Assembly (NCBI GenBank): GCA_024137785.1 | Contig: JAHRHZ010000009.1 | Span: 12,534,406-12,598,405, forward strand | Direction: 5' to 3' | From: Ginglymostoma cirratum | Lineage: Eukaryota | DNA length: 64,000 bases | Part shown: positions 24,319-35,962 of the stretch, piece after piece | Position numbering within the stretch: position 1 is the first letter of the stretch | How the letters are laid out: every line of letters starts with the position of its first letter | Made by a program: the position numbers and the translations under genes | The notes under the pieces: generated by a model | Told to the model about the DNA's origin: nothing | Seen by the model: only the letters and a program-made list of their open reading frames with translations | Databases searched by the model: none

Positions 24319-24420
24319 CTTTTACACCAAAGAATAAAAAGGAAAATATGCAAAGAAAAGCAGGCAGAGTGCAAATCAAATATGACCAAAAAATGTGTGG
24401 CTATTACCTAACGTTTTATA

Positions 24421-24516
24421 TTACGCCTCAGCTGTTGATTGCATTCTCCAAAGGAGTGGTTGTACGTTGTTTTCAGAGCCTGTTATTACATTGCCAGCTT
24501 TACCTTTGAGCATCTC
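24421..24516 (-). CDS. Candidate alternative C-terminal exon (EMLKGKAGNVITGSENNVQPLLWRMQSTAEA*), ATP11C-a tail-like
   Basis: Acceptor tttctcctcatcattgcag, phase 0; donor tag|gtaata at 24408/24407; VQPLLWR is in the same register as ATP11C-a VRPLLLR (recalled). Confidence 0.5.
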   Translation of the reverse strand, partial: EMLKGKAGNVITGSENNVQPLLWRMQSTAEA

Positions 24517-25009
24517 CTGCAATGATGAGGAGAAACTCCTTTTAAAGCAAGAAGATGTTTATGTTACAGAGGAGAAAACATTCTCCACAATGGGTTTCTC
24601 TTGTTAACATCACAGTTAAATGCTCATTTTTCTTAAACTAAATCTTCAGTGTGAATAAGCATTTGATTTATTAACCCAGATTAGAGCACTTGAACTTGGA
24701 TCTGTATTCCAGTTAAAAGAAGTATAAGCACTGGAATTGCAACGGACTGCTGGAAATTTGGTGTAGACAGACTTTCTTTCACTGCAGTGCTTCAACGATG
24801 ACTCCAACTCAATCTCCAACCATTCCTTTTCCAGGAAACTCCAATAATAATGCATAATTTGCAAAACAATTACACACAAGTTACAAGACTGAGCAGCCCA
24901 CACCATACCCATCCGTATCCAATTCCACATTATACACACAGTGCATCTCTTTTTACCCAAGCTGCACATTATATACAAATTCATCTTTCTTTAGCCGTGA
25001 AAATGTAGT

Positions 25010-25340
25010 CATTGATGTAAATAGGGAAGCACAGCAGCTAATCAACATAAAGCAAGTGGCAATTACTATTTACAGTGTGTACAGTGATGTTGGTGGATAA
25101 ACAAAAATTGCCTGAGACACTCAGCGGAACTCCTCTGGTCTCTCTCAAATAGTGGTTCAAGGATATTTTATCCCGACCTGAGAGGTCAGTTGAGGCCATG
25201 ATTCAATGCTTTACACAAAATATGGCACACCAATGGTGCATCACTCCCTTAGCACCACACTGAAGCCTACCTTACATGCTTAAATCTCTGGAAAGGGACA
25301 TGAACCAATAACCATCTGACACAGAATCAAGAATGACATG
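25010..25340 (-). mobile_element. DeuSINE-like (SacSINE1/AmnSINE Deu-domain) ancient SINE
   Basis: Reverse complement agggagtgatgcacc...ctctcaggtcggga...gaggagttcc...caacatcac resembles the Deu domain as recalled. Confidence 0.55.
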
Positions 25341-25819
25341 CTTCCTTACCTTTGGCAGATATTACGTGCACTTCATCTTTACTGCAAGACCCAGGTTTGT
25401 ACATTAGTTCAGTTGAGAATGTAGAATACACTACACAGTAACAGGTATCTCTTCTTTCTGTGTCATTCTACTGCAGTGTGGTCACCTATGTTCCATCTCC
25501 TTGTCAAAAATCTCAATTCCTGTTCATCACTTCACATAAAAAAACTTCAAAAACCTTTCCACAAACAATGACAATGCACACAAATTTACTGCTACCACAA
25601 TGTGTATGAAAATGCATCACATGTTTGTGTTTTTTTTTTAAAATCTGGGTCCTTCTTGTTGTCAGGGTACGAAATATGATGTTCTTATCCCTAGATGTGT
25701 GCTTCTCCTTGGTATTCCCTCAATTACTGAAGAGTGAAGTAGCTGATTTCTGAGTTGCTGGTGGAGATTCCCGGAATTGAGACATCCTTCCTTCTTTATG
25801 GCTCGAGCTTGAGACAGAC

Positions 25820-27650
25820 AAATTGCAAGCAATGTGGATGAAGGGGAGCCTGTAGATGTGCTGTACTTGGATTTCCAGCAGGCATTCCACAAGATACAAT
25901 AAAGGTTACTATACAAAATAAGGTCTCATGGTATAGTGTAACATATATGGATGGATAAAGAATCAGTTAGCCAAAAGGAACACAGGGTAGCCATAAATGA
26001 GTTGACAGGATGTGGTGAGTTGTGTGCCACAGGGATCAGCAATAAGCTTCAATTATTTACAATTTGTCTCAATGAATTTGATGAATGGACTGAATGTATG
26101 GTTGCTAATTTGGCTGGTGACATAAAAACAACTAGGAAAGTAAATTCTGAGGAGGACAGAAGAACTTTGCAAAGGTATACACATAGGTTAAGTAAGCAGG
26201 CAAACATCTGGCAGTGTATACTGTGGGAAAATGTGAATTTGTCGAATTTGGCGAGAAGAATAGAAAAGCAGCATATTATTTGAATAGAGAGAGATTGAAG
26301 GATTTTGCAGTTCAGAGGGATATGGATATTATGGTAAATGAATCACAAAAACATAGCACATAGGGAGATATGGGTACTATGGTAAATTAATCATAAAAAG
26401 ATAGTAGGAGCAAATTACTGCAGATACTGGAACCCGAACTGAAAACTAAAAAATACTGGAAATCACAGGAGGTCAGGCAGCATCCATGGAGAGAAAGCAA
26501 GCTAATGTTTGAGTCTAGATGATTCTTCATCAGAGTTGATGTGAAGCATTGAAGGGGGCAGCTTTAATGCAATAGTTGGATGGGGGTGTTTAGGGAGGGA
26601 GGAGTGCTGGGGGAGAAACGGTGTTGATAGTTCAGATTAAGTGATCAGACTGTGAGAATGGCAGAACAACGGTGTGTCTAACTGCCAGACTGGAAAGAAC
26701 AGACAGTCCCACGGGGGTGGGAAGGGGAGAGAGGACATGGTGACAGACAATGTCACAATGTCACAAGTGAAGCTAAAAGAAAGGGAAGGAATGGGAATGG
26801 GTTCACAATTTGAAGGTGTTGAACTCAATATTAAGTCCAGAAGGTTGTAAAGTGTCTAGTCTGAAGATGAGAGGTTATTCCTCCAGTTTGCACTGTGATT
26901 TACTGGAGCATTGCAGTATGCCATGGACAGACAAGTGGGCACGCAAGCAGGACGCTGTGTTTATGGGAATGTTGGGGTCATGCTTGCGCTTGGTGTTGGT
27001 GTTCGAGGAATGGACTAGAGTGTCCCAGAGGGAACGATCCCTGTGAAAAAGATAGTATGCAGGTACAGCAAGTGATTAAAAAGCAAACCTAATTAATTTA
27101 TTTATTGCAAAGAGAATTAACTATAAAAGCAGGGATGTCATGCTACAGTTGTACATGGCACTGGTGAGACCACATCAGAAGTACTGTTTGATCTCCTTAG
27201 GAAGACATGTGAGAAGCAGTTCAGAAAGAGGTTCATTCACTTGATTCCTGGTATGGGTGTGAATTTTCATCTAAAGAAAGTTTGGGTATATTTTATCTGT
27301 ATCCTTTGGAGTTCAGAAGTATGAGATACAACCTTACCTGAGATACCAGGAACATATAAAAATCGAGTAGGACTTGGCCAGAAAATAAGGAATTGCCCAT
27401 TCAAGGTGCAGTTGAGGAGAATTTTTTCCACAGTGTTGTAAGCCTTCGGAAGTTTCTCTCCACACAGTTGTGAAAGCAGAATTGCTGAATATTTTTAAGG
27501 TAGAGTTGGACAGATTCTTGACTAACAAGAGTATCAGAAGTTTTCAGGGTGGTTCGCAAGATGGAGTTGCGGCCAGAATCATATCACGCATAATCTTATT
27601 GAGTGATGAATTTAGGCCTAACGGAATGAACGACCTATCCTCCTTTGAAT
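25820..27650 (+). mobile_element. CR1 LINE RT/3' fragment with a nested PLE
   Basis: VDVLYLDFQQAF and LAGDIK remnants; CR1 3' end. Confidence 0.8.
26407..27045 (-). mobile_element. PLE family 2 insertion with 12-bp TSD
   Basis: GIY-YIG C-terminal remnant and degenerate hammerhead (about 26505-26533); aaaaagatagta at 26395-26406 and 27046-27057. Confidence 0.8.
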
Positions 27651-27739
27651 CTCATGTAAGAAAAATCCCCTGCAATTGAACTCAACCCTCAATGGCAGCA
27701 GCCCAAGAAACTGTAAAAGGCAGACAATGCAGGGTTTCA

Positions 27740-28820
27740 AGAAGGGGGAAAGTTAGACACTGTGTCCTGGGAGATGACTACATCCCTCAGATTAGGTTGA
27801 ATTTGGATAGTTGTCAGACAGGGGAGAGTGATTGAGAGTCAAGCAGCTGTGGAGATCCAGGAAGTAGTAATGAAGGAGTTTCAGCTCTATGTACAAGGTA
27901 CTTGCTACTTGTACAGGTGACAACAAGGACTACAGTATGGATGGGAAAACATGCATGACAGCGCAGTATAGGAAAGTATTGAGTGGGGAAAAGTGAAAAG
28001 GAACGTGACAGTGACAGGAGTCAGTGCTGTGATGGAAATAGGTAATATTCTCGGCAGCTGCAGCCGTGAGCTCCAACACCATGCCTGCTTGATGCTAGGA
28101 TTTTAGCTATCTTCTGTACGGCTAGAGAAGAATCCAGTTGCTGTGGTCCATGTAGGAAGCCAACAATATGTAGAACTAGGAATGATGTACTGCTGAAACA
28201 ATTTGAGGTGTTAGGGTCCAAATGAAAAAAAAAAACTCTAAACATCACTCAGTGTTACCTGAACAATGCAGCAGTGTATTATTTGGTTACAAATGGGGAA
28301 AAATTTGCAAAGTTGGAATTTAGAAGAATGAGAGGTGATCTCAACCTATAGGATTCTTAAGAGGATTGAGAGGGTAAATGCTGAGAGGATGTTACCCCTC
28401 ATGAGACAGTCTAGGACCAGACAGCACAGACGTAGAACAAAGAGGCATTAATTTAAGACTGAGATGAAGATAGATTTCCTCTCTCAGAGGGTTGAGAGCC
28501 ATTGGAACTCCCTACCACAGAGAGCTGTGGGGACAGAGTCGTTATGTATATTTAAGGCTAAGATAGATAGATTCTTGCTTAGTAGGGGAATAAAGGGTTA
28601 CCAGGAAAGGGAAGAAGTGGACAGGAGGAATGCTGGATTGTCATGATCCTATTGAACGGCCAACCTACCTTGAGGGGCAAAACAGCCTATTCCTGTTCCT
28701 ATTTGTTATGGTCTTAGCTGCAGTGAAAAGGTGGGAGAAAGGTAGCAGTGAATTGCTTCTATAGAGAGCAAGCATGGGCACTAAGGGCCAAATGGCCTCC
28801 AACTCTCTTGTAACTGTTCT
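27740..28820 (+). mobile_element. CR1 ORF1 (esterase-like) remnant and CR1 3' fragments
   Basis: VHVG-like remnant similar to the 61.3-61.9 kb copy; FLSQRVESHWNSLP 3' remnant. Confidence 0.6.
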
Positions 28821-29989
28821 ATTACAATCAGGTGGTCAGAAGGGTGCAGGGTTTGACAGTAATACTGCACAAATAAAGTCTACGCAAAAAATAGTGGTAA
28901 AAAGTAAAATTAAAGTTTCTTAATAGCATGCATGAAGCATTCATATTGCACTAGAAGAACTGGTTATATTGTCACAGACAAAATTGTGAGGTGAATTGAA
29001 TTATTTTTGGTGCTCATCTTCTATCCATAACAGAAGTGATTTCTAATTTGTTTATAATGAATACTTCTTCTTTTCAAAAGATAACATGATGTGTTCCTGT
29101 CACACCTGCTGTTTGTTAAGTCCAATTTTTAAAAGACCCACAACAAACTCTATTTAAGGTTGAAACAAAAGGATAGTTTATACCAGTTTTTAACCTGGTG
29201 ATAATTTGCAATAGACATGCAGAAGCATACAAAGAAGAAAGAAGAGAGAAAACAGAAAGCTGGTTATAATCACAACTAATTTAGAATGATGATACGGGGA
29301 GCGATTCACGTGAATTGGAGTCCAGTAACTCAATGTGCAGTGAGGTTTCTTGAAGTTGGCTGCTCTGCCAGAATTCCTTTTCATAGGACCTCAGATAGCA
29401 TAGCATTATGATTCTTGTAGAATGGGTTCGGATGAAATACAGTGATCTTCATGGATCTCATGGTTTCGAGAGATGTTAAAATTAGAGCGAGACTTTAGGT
29501 GAACCTGGAGGTGCTTGCTGTCAGTTGGAATGTTAAAAAGCAGTATGACAAAAATGTTCAGAGCTATATACTCAAAATAATTCAGAAACCATAAGTTTCC
29601 CTCATGTAAGAGTTAGTGAATGAGTCAATTCAGTTAAAGAGATGGCTTCAATGCATCTGGTCAAAACTATTATGTACTGTGAAAGGTAATTGTGGAGCTA
29701 TTCATGCCATTGCAGTCATAATGAGTTTCAATAGCCTTCCCCATTTTCGTAACTGGGTGACGTCTAGGAAGACATTTCATCTGCTGTTCCTTAATGTTGG
29801 TTTTACTGGAATGTCTAGAAAATGCAAGAGCGTGAAATTTCCAAGAGAATGATGAGTTAGTTTTTGACCAATGAATGTATCTTAGAAACACAATCTGTGG
29901 TCAGTAGCTGCCAGCTTATCTCTGGCAAATGCCCACTTTTAAGAGGTAAATTAAATAAGAGAATATAGTTTAAATAAAAATTAGTACCT

Positions 29990-32950
29990 TTCTGGGAGTG
30001 GGGAGTACAAATAAAGATGCATAGGCTGATATAATCTTCATTGGAAAGCTATAGTCACAACGTGACCAAGGCTGGGAAATAAATATTCCAGAGTGTACAA
30101 CATTTCAAAAAGCTGTTACAATTGAATATGAGGTACAATAGCCCTGATTAGGACAGTAATAAGAAAGGACTTTGGCTCAGAGTATAAGGAAATAAACTGA
30201 ACATGGATGTAGATGAGAAACAATATGGCTTAGAAAAGACTGCTTGGAGTAGTTTTTGCTTCCTTACTTTGTTATACCAGTGTACAAAGCATAGGCAAGA
30301 AATAATCAGAGGTTGCAACAAAGGCCATGTAATAATCTTGAGGGACTGGATAATTCAAATAAATGCACTTAATCTGACAGATGATCCTACAGACTGCTTC
30401 TATTACAGCTTCTTAAAACTCTAAACTATATCAAACTAAAAAAGAACAAAGCTATTTTAGATATAGTACAGTATAACTGGTCGGAGTCAATAAGTAATTT
30501 CATAGCAAGCGATCCTCTGGGAAAGGTGATAATAAATCGCGTAATTCCATAAAATGTTTCAGAGCAAAATAACATACTTGAAAAGAATAATCTTTAATCT
30601 AAACAAAGTTTAACCTAAACAACAAAGGGGAAAATGGGAGTGATTAATAGTGTAAAAAATCAAAAAGGAACAGTTAGAAACTTTTAAAGAAACAATTCAC
30701 AGCATTCAAAAAATATATTCAAGTAAAAATGCTTATACAGAAAGATTGATCCCTGCCTTACCTGGGAATTTAAAGATGGGATAGTTTTAAAATAAGATAC
30801 TTATAACATCAGGAGGAATAGAGTAAGTCTGAAGATTTGGAAAGTTTTAGAAATTAACAAGGGGTGACCAAAAAGTTGATAAAAAGAAAAACAAAGTGAA
30901 AGAAACTAATTATGAATATAAAATGCATTTTAAGAGTTTTTATACGTCTTAAAAATTACAATAGGTGGTAAAATAAATTTTTGTCCCTTTGAGGCATAGA
31001 CAATAAATTATCACAGGGAATAGGAAATGAAAGACAAATTATTTAACGGGTAACAGGAAATGACAGACATAAACTATTTAGCAGAAAATGAAGGGCAACC
31101 AAGAAGTCAATAAAAGTGAAGTACTTAAAGTAATCAATATTAGCAGAAAGAAGTTGTTGGAGAAAACTATGGGACTAAATGCTGACAATTGATGAAGATC
31201 TGGGATTTTAAATCCCAAAGTTTGAAAGAAGAAAGCTATAGAGAAAGTGGATGCATTGGTTATGATATTCCAAAATTGCTTAGATTGGCTCAGTATTTGG
31301 AAGCTAGCAAATGTAGCACCACCAGTTAGGAACAGAAGGAAAGATTAACCATGGAACGAGAGGCAAATTAAAATCACATTGGTCTGTTATCGTGAAAATG
31401 CTTGAATCTATTATCAAGGATGTTTTAACAATTGATTTAGAAAATCAAAGTATGGCCAATCAAAATCAACATGGATTTAGGAAAGATAAATCATGTTTGA
31501 CAAAGGTGTTGAAGATTACCGAGTTTGTAACTACCAGGTCAGATAAAAGGGAGCCAATAAAAAGAGTATGCTTGAATTTTCAAAGTTTTTATAAATTAAC
31601 AAGGTGTGACCAAAAAGTCGATAAAAAGGTATTCAAAGGTATTTTCAGAGGTATTCTATAGAGTCACACAAAAGGTTAAGTTTGCATAGATTTGGGGCTG
31701 GGTATATTAACATGGATGGAGCATTTGTTAATAATAGGAAGCAGCATGTAGGCACAAATGCAACATTTTCACGTTGTAAGCCATCACTAGTGGCATGCCA
31801 ACAGGATCAAATCTGAGGCCTCAATTATTTGCAATCTCTATTTATGACTTAGATGAAGAGACTGAGAGTAATACTCCCAAATTGGTTGAAAGCTCGTCAA
31901 CACAGTGTGGAGCTGGAGGAACGCAGCATGTCAAGCAGCATCAGAGGAGTAGGAAAGTCGACATTTCGGGTTGGGACCCTTCTTCAGAACTGTTCCTCCA
32001 GCTTCACACTGTGTTGTCTGTGACTCCAGCATGTGCAGTTCTTGGTACCTTCTTAGTTGAAAGCTAGCTGGGGTGTAGTCTGTAAATATAAGGAAGATAC
32101 AAAGAGATTTAAAAGGCTAAATAAGCAAGTAAAATTTAGCAGATGAATAAAATGTGGTGAAATGCGAGGTTAGTCACTTCTTTAATAATAGAAGAAGAAA
32201 ATTTTTAAAGGAGTTTGCAGAGACTTGGATGTACGCATACAAAAAACACAAAGTTAGCATGCAGGTACTGAAGACAATTCAGAAAAGAAGTGATATATTG
32301 GCTTTTATTGTGGCTGGACAGGAGCACAAGAGCAACAAAGTCTTTCTACAGCTGTATAAGGCTTTGGGGAGACGACACTTGGGATACTCTCCATAATTAT
32401 GGGTTCAAGATTTAAGGAGGAGTATATCTGCCTTGCAGGCAGGTTCACGAGTTTTGCTCCTAGGATGAGAGAATTATCCAGGGTGACAGGTTGAGTAAAC
32501 CAGGCCTAAACTTTCTCGACTTTTGAAGAATGCGAGATGGTCTTAATGAAACACATAAAATTCTGAATCAGCTCGACAGAGTAGGTGCTGATATGTTGAT
32601 TCCTGTGGTTGGTCTCTGTAGGATAGTGGCTCATATCTTGCTAAAAAATGTGCTGATTGGTCAATTAGAATCTAGATGAAGAGAAATTTCTTTATTCAGA
32701 GAGGCTGTGAATCTTTGGTATTCTTACCTAGAAAGCAATGGTTGTGCATTCAATAAGCATATTCAAAGTTGATGTTGCTAGATTTTTGGTTGATGGGGAT
32801 ATCATGGAATATAGGATTTGGGATTCAGAAAGGAAAGTAGAACTGAATTTAGAAGGTGGTGGGTGGGGTGGGGGTGTGGTGGGGAGGTCAGCTATGATCT
32901 TGTTCACTGACATAACTGGCTGTGCTGGCCATGTGTCTTACTGTAGTTTC
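29990..32950 (+). mobile_element. Heavily decayed CR1 ORF2
   Basis: KMLESIIKD...QHGFRKDKSCLT, QLFAISIYDLDE and FLQLYKAL remnants. Confidence 0.8.
31895..32055. mobile_element. Miniature inverted PLE insertion in CR1 with TSD
   Basis: Inverted pLTR with hammerhead 31960-31987 (-) plus direct tail; gttgaaagct at 31885-31894 and 32056-32065. Confidence 0.8.
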
Positions 32951-33815
32951 TACTTGTCTGTTCCTGTGCAAATTTCAAGTGTGAAAATAGAGAGTAGAAG
33001 AACATGAAAATTGGGAGTGGGAAAGGTAGGATAATCAGATTCTGCACTTACTAGCAGTTACAGATTTCTTTTAGAGAAAGCAAAGATTTTAACAAATTCT
33101 CTGGAAGATTCTGGGAAACAATGAAGTTCAAGGAACCCGTTATAGGTCCTAACACTCCTGATCTACAAATGGACTATCAGATAACTTATTTCTTCTGTTA
33201 TCTTCTGTATATAGTATCTCCAGGATTGCTTGATTTAACAGCTACTATTACAAAGAAACAAAAAAGCAAAAAGCTCATACTAATCCATCCACAAAACAGA
33301 ATATTGAAAAGTCATGTGCAACACTGTGCCACCACAGTAATACAGACAATAATCTGTAACAACCTTTCCACTGCTGAAGCCCATTTGAACAAGGACTACA
33401 GCAATGCAAGGAAAAAGCCTGCCACCACTACCTTAGAACAGAACCTTGAACCTATTCTTTTAGAAACCATTTATGTTCCTCTAAGTGCACCATTTGGAAT
33501 CAATTCCTAGGAATTTTTCTTCAACCAAGTGAGAACGTTAAGTTCAGCAGCTTCTACCTCTTTTCTAGAAACTGCATAACCTCACATGACCCGTAGATTC
33601 TCAAACCAAAGTCAAAGGTTACCCATTTGATTTACTTATGGACAGAATGAAATGTAATTGGAAACCTTGGCTCTCGTCAATTTATTTTCCAGATTGCCTC
33701 CTTTAAAGGGATTGTCTTTTATACTTCTAAATATCCACTGATAGTAATAATGATATGGAAAATCCAACTCTCACGCACCTTAACAATAGAGGGAAGAAGT
33801 ATCACCTTTTTTCCA

Positions 33816-33893
33816 TTAGAAACTTAGACTACTGGATGTCTGGGAAAGCATAAAGATGGTGGACTGTTCAGCTGAAATGTACTTTCGCTTGGT
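33816..33893 (-). CDS. ATP11A: ATP11A alternative C-terminal exon A (TKRKYISAEQSTIFMLSQTSSSLSF*)
   Basis: Nearly identical to the mammalian ATP11A short tail as recalled (EQSTIFMLSQTSSSLSF); phase-0 acceptor acacag; donor aag|gtgata 10 nt after the stop (exon ends 33806). Confidence 0.9.
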   Translation of the reverse strand, partial: TKRKYISAEQSTIFMLSQTSSSLSF

Positions 33894-34059
33894 CTGTGTT
33901 TTTTCCAGTTGAAAGTAGGACATGGGAGCCCAATATTCATTTACAAACAGCGAAGGATGAATATTCAGGAACAGCAGAGGTAGGGCAAAAGGAGAGAGAA
34001 ACACAAGGATTAATCTGGTTAAAGGCAACATATAGAGAAAGCGGTGTACAATATATACA

Positions 34060-34865
34060 GAAACCTGTGCGCACTGCATGCTAGAAACTGTGCATACAAC
34101 ACATCTGAAAACCAGGCACAACTTGTGCCGAAAGCCGTGCAAAGCGCGTGCCGATAGCCGTGCACAGCCCGTGCTGATAGTCATGCACAGCGCATGTTAA
34201 TAGTCGTGAACAGCGCATCTTGAAAACCGTGCACAGTGCAAGCCAATAGTCATGAACAATGCTTGCTGGTAGTAACGACAGCACATGCTGATAGTCGTGC
34301 ACAATGCATGTTAATAGTTGTGTATGGCGCATGTTGATAATCGTGCACAGCGCATGCCAAAATCTGTGCACAGCACACACCGATAGTCGTGAACAGCGCT
34401 CGCTGATTGTAATAAACAGCACATGCTGGTAGTCGTGCAAAGCACATGCCAAAATCCACGCACAGCGCATCCTGAAAACCGTGCACAGTGCACGCCCATA
34501 GTCATCAACAGCGCTCGCTGATAGTAATGAACAGCACATGCTGATAGTTGTGCACAGCATATGTTGATGATCGTGCACAGCACATGCCAAAAGCCATGCA
34601 CAGCGCATCCTGAAAACCGCACACAGTGCATGCTGATAGTTGTGCACAGCGCATGCCAAAAGCCGTGCACAGTGCATGTTGAAAGCTGTGCACAGCTCAC
34701 TTTGAAAGTTGTGTATACAAAGCACATGCTGAAAGCCATGTACAGTGCATTCCAATAGTCATGCACAGTGTATACTGAAAATGTGTACAAACAGCACATG
34801 CTGAAAGTTGTGCACAGTGTATATTGAAAGCCGTGCACAGTGCATGTTCAAAGATGTGAGCAACA
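34060..34865. repeat. Degenerate 23-bp minisatellite (about 35 units), consensus close to TGCACAGCGCATGCTGATAGTCG
   Basis: Visible 23-nt periodicity; variant cagcgcatc(c/t)tgaaaaccg recurs at 34211, 34463 and 34601. Confidence 0.9.
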
Positions 34866-35049
34866 TACATAGAAACCTTTAACACATGCAGAAATCCATT
34901 TACAATTGCTTGACAAACTTAACTATTACCCAAGATGAATACATGAAACTTATATATGTGTTTTAGAGATAACTTTAGGTAAAAAGCACTTTCAAAGAAA
35001 CAGGTCTTTAAAAACAAAGCATTTCACTTCCTGTGAGAAATAGGTCAGG

Positions 35050-35450
35050 TAACGAAATGTGCCCCGGTTCACTTGAAACCATTGGGTAAAACAGAAACTC
35101 AAAAATTTGAACACATCAGGGTCAAAAGAAAAAAATGTGCCTGTGCACAATAAAATGCACAGGATGAAATGAGCTGTCATCACTGAAACTTGGCATTCCC
35201 TGGCTGAAAAGAGTCTGAATACTGTGAAACATGCCTGTACATGGCTGGAAAGTACCTAAATGCAGCTGGGATCTGTGTATGCATGGCTAAAACGCACCTG
35301 TGTATGACTGAAACATGGCTGCTACACTGCGCAAAATGTAGACTGTGAAATGTGCCTGCATATGACAAAAACATTCTGAATATATAAAATCTGTTTACGC
35401 ATGGATGAAACGTACCCAGTGCATGGCCAAAATGTGCCCCTGCAAAATCT
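35050..35450. repeat. Degenerate 21-bp tandem array (about AAACATGCCTGTGCATGGCTG)
   Basis: Consecutive 21-mers aaacatgcctgtacatggctg / gaaagtacctaaatgcagctg / ggatctgtgtatgcatggcta / aaacgcacctgtgtatgactg. Confidence 0.55.
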
Positions 35451-35962
35451 TTCTATGCCTGCATGCTGCAAAATCAGGATATTATCCAGCACAGGCTGTT
35501 AAATAGCAAGTAACATTTGTATCCCATAAGTGCCAAGTAATAATCATCCATTCTGCTTTGACAGGTTCCGAGATGGATGATAAGTATGATGTACACGCTT
35601 CGTTACAAGCATGGCATGTGGTTCTCAAAAGGTGTGTAATGCATTGATAGGACGGTTATGTGCTCCCTGTAAGTGCCCTGATTTCCTCTCTGCATGTTCC
35701 TGTCGAAGTCTCTCAATGCTACTGGTGCCTTCCAAACCAGCCTTCTTGATTTTGGTGGATCACATCACCATCTCCTGTGAGCCAGTGGGGAGATGACTGT
35801 TTAGGGATGTTTTGAAAGTATCCCCAGGTGTGTCCATAACCTTCCTGCGAGCCTCTTGCCACAACCTAGTTCCAAGTAAAGCGGTTGCTTTCGGATCCCG
35901 ATGTCAGGCAAATGAACATGTGAAGATCTGGTTTTGAGGGAAGCTGGGCAAATTAGCTGTAA

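Noticed and set aside
24646-24984. 112-aa minus-strand ORF as an exon
   Set aside because: No convincing acceptor and no homology recognised
29400-29520. Acceptor-like ctgacag giving QAPPGSPKVSL*
   Set aside because: Short, unrecognised peptide and a mediocre pyrimidine tract
34060-34865. Possible CRISPR-like array
   Set aside because: Head-to-tail degenerate tandem units without unique spacers, in a vertebrate intron with no cas genes
34081-34885. Cys/His-rich ORFs of up to 224 aa
   Set aside because: Products of the 23-bp minisatellite; the unit is not a multiple of 3, several frames are open, and it is intronic
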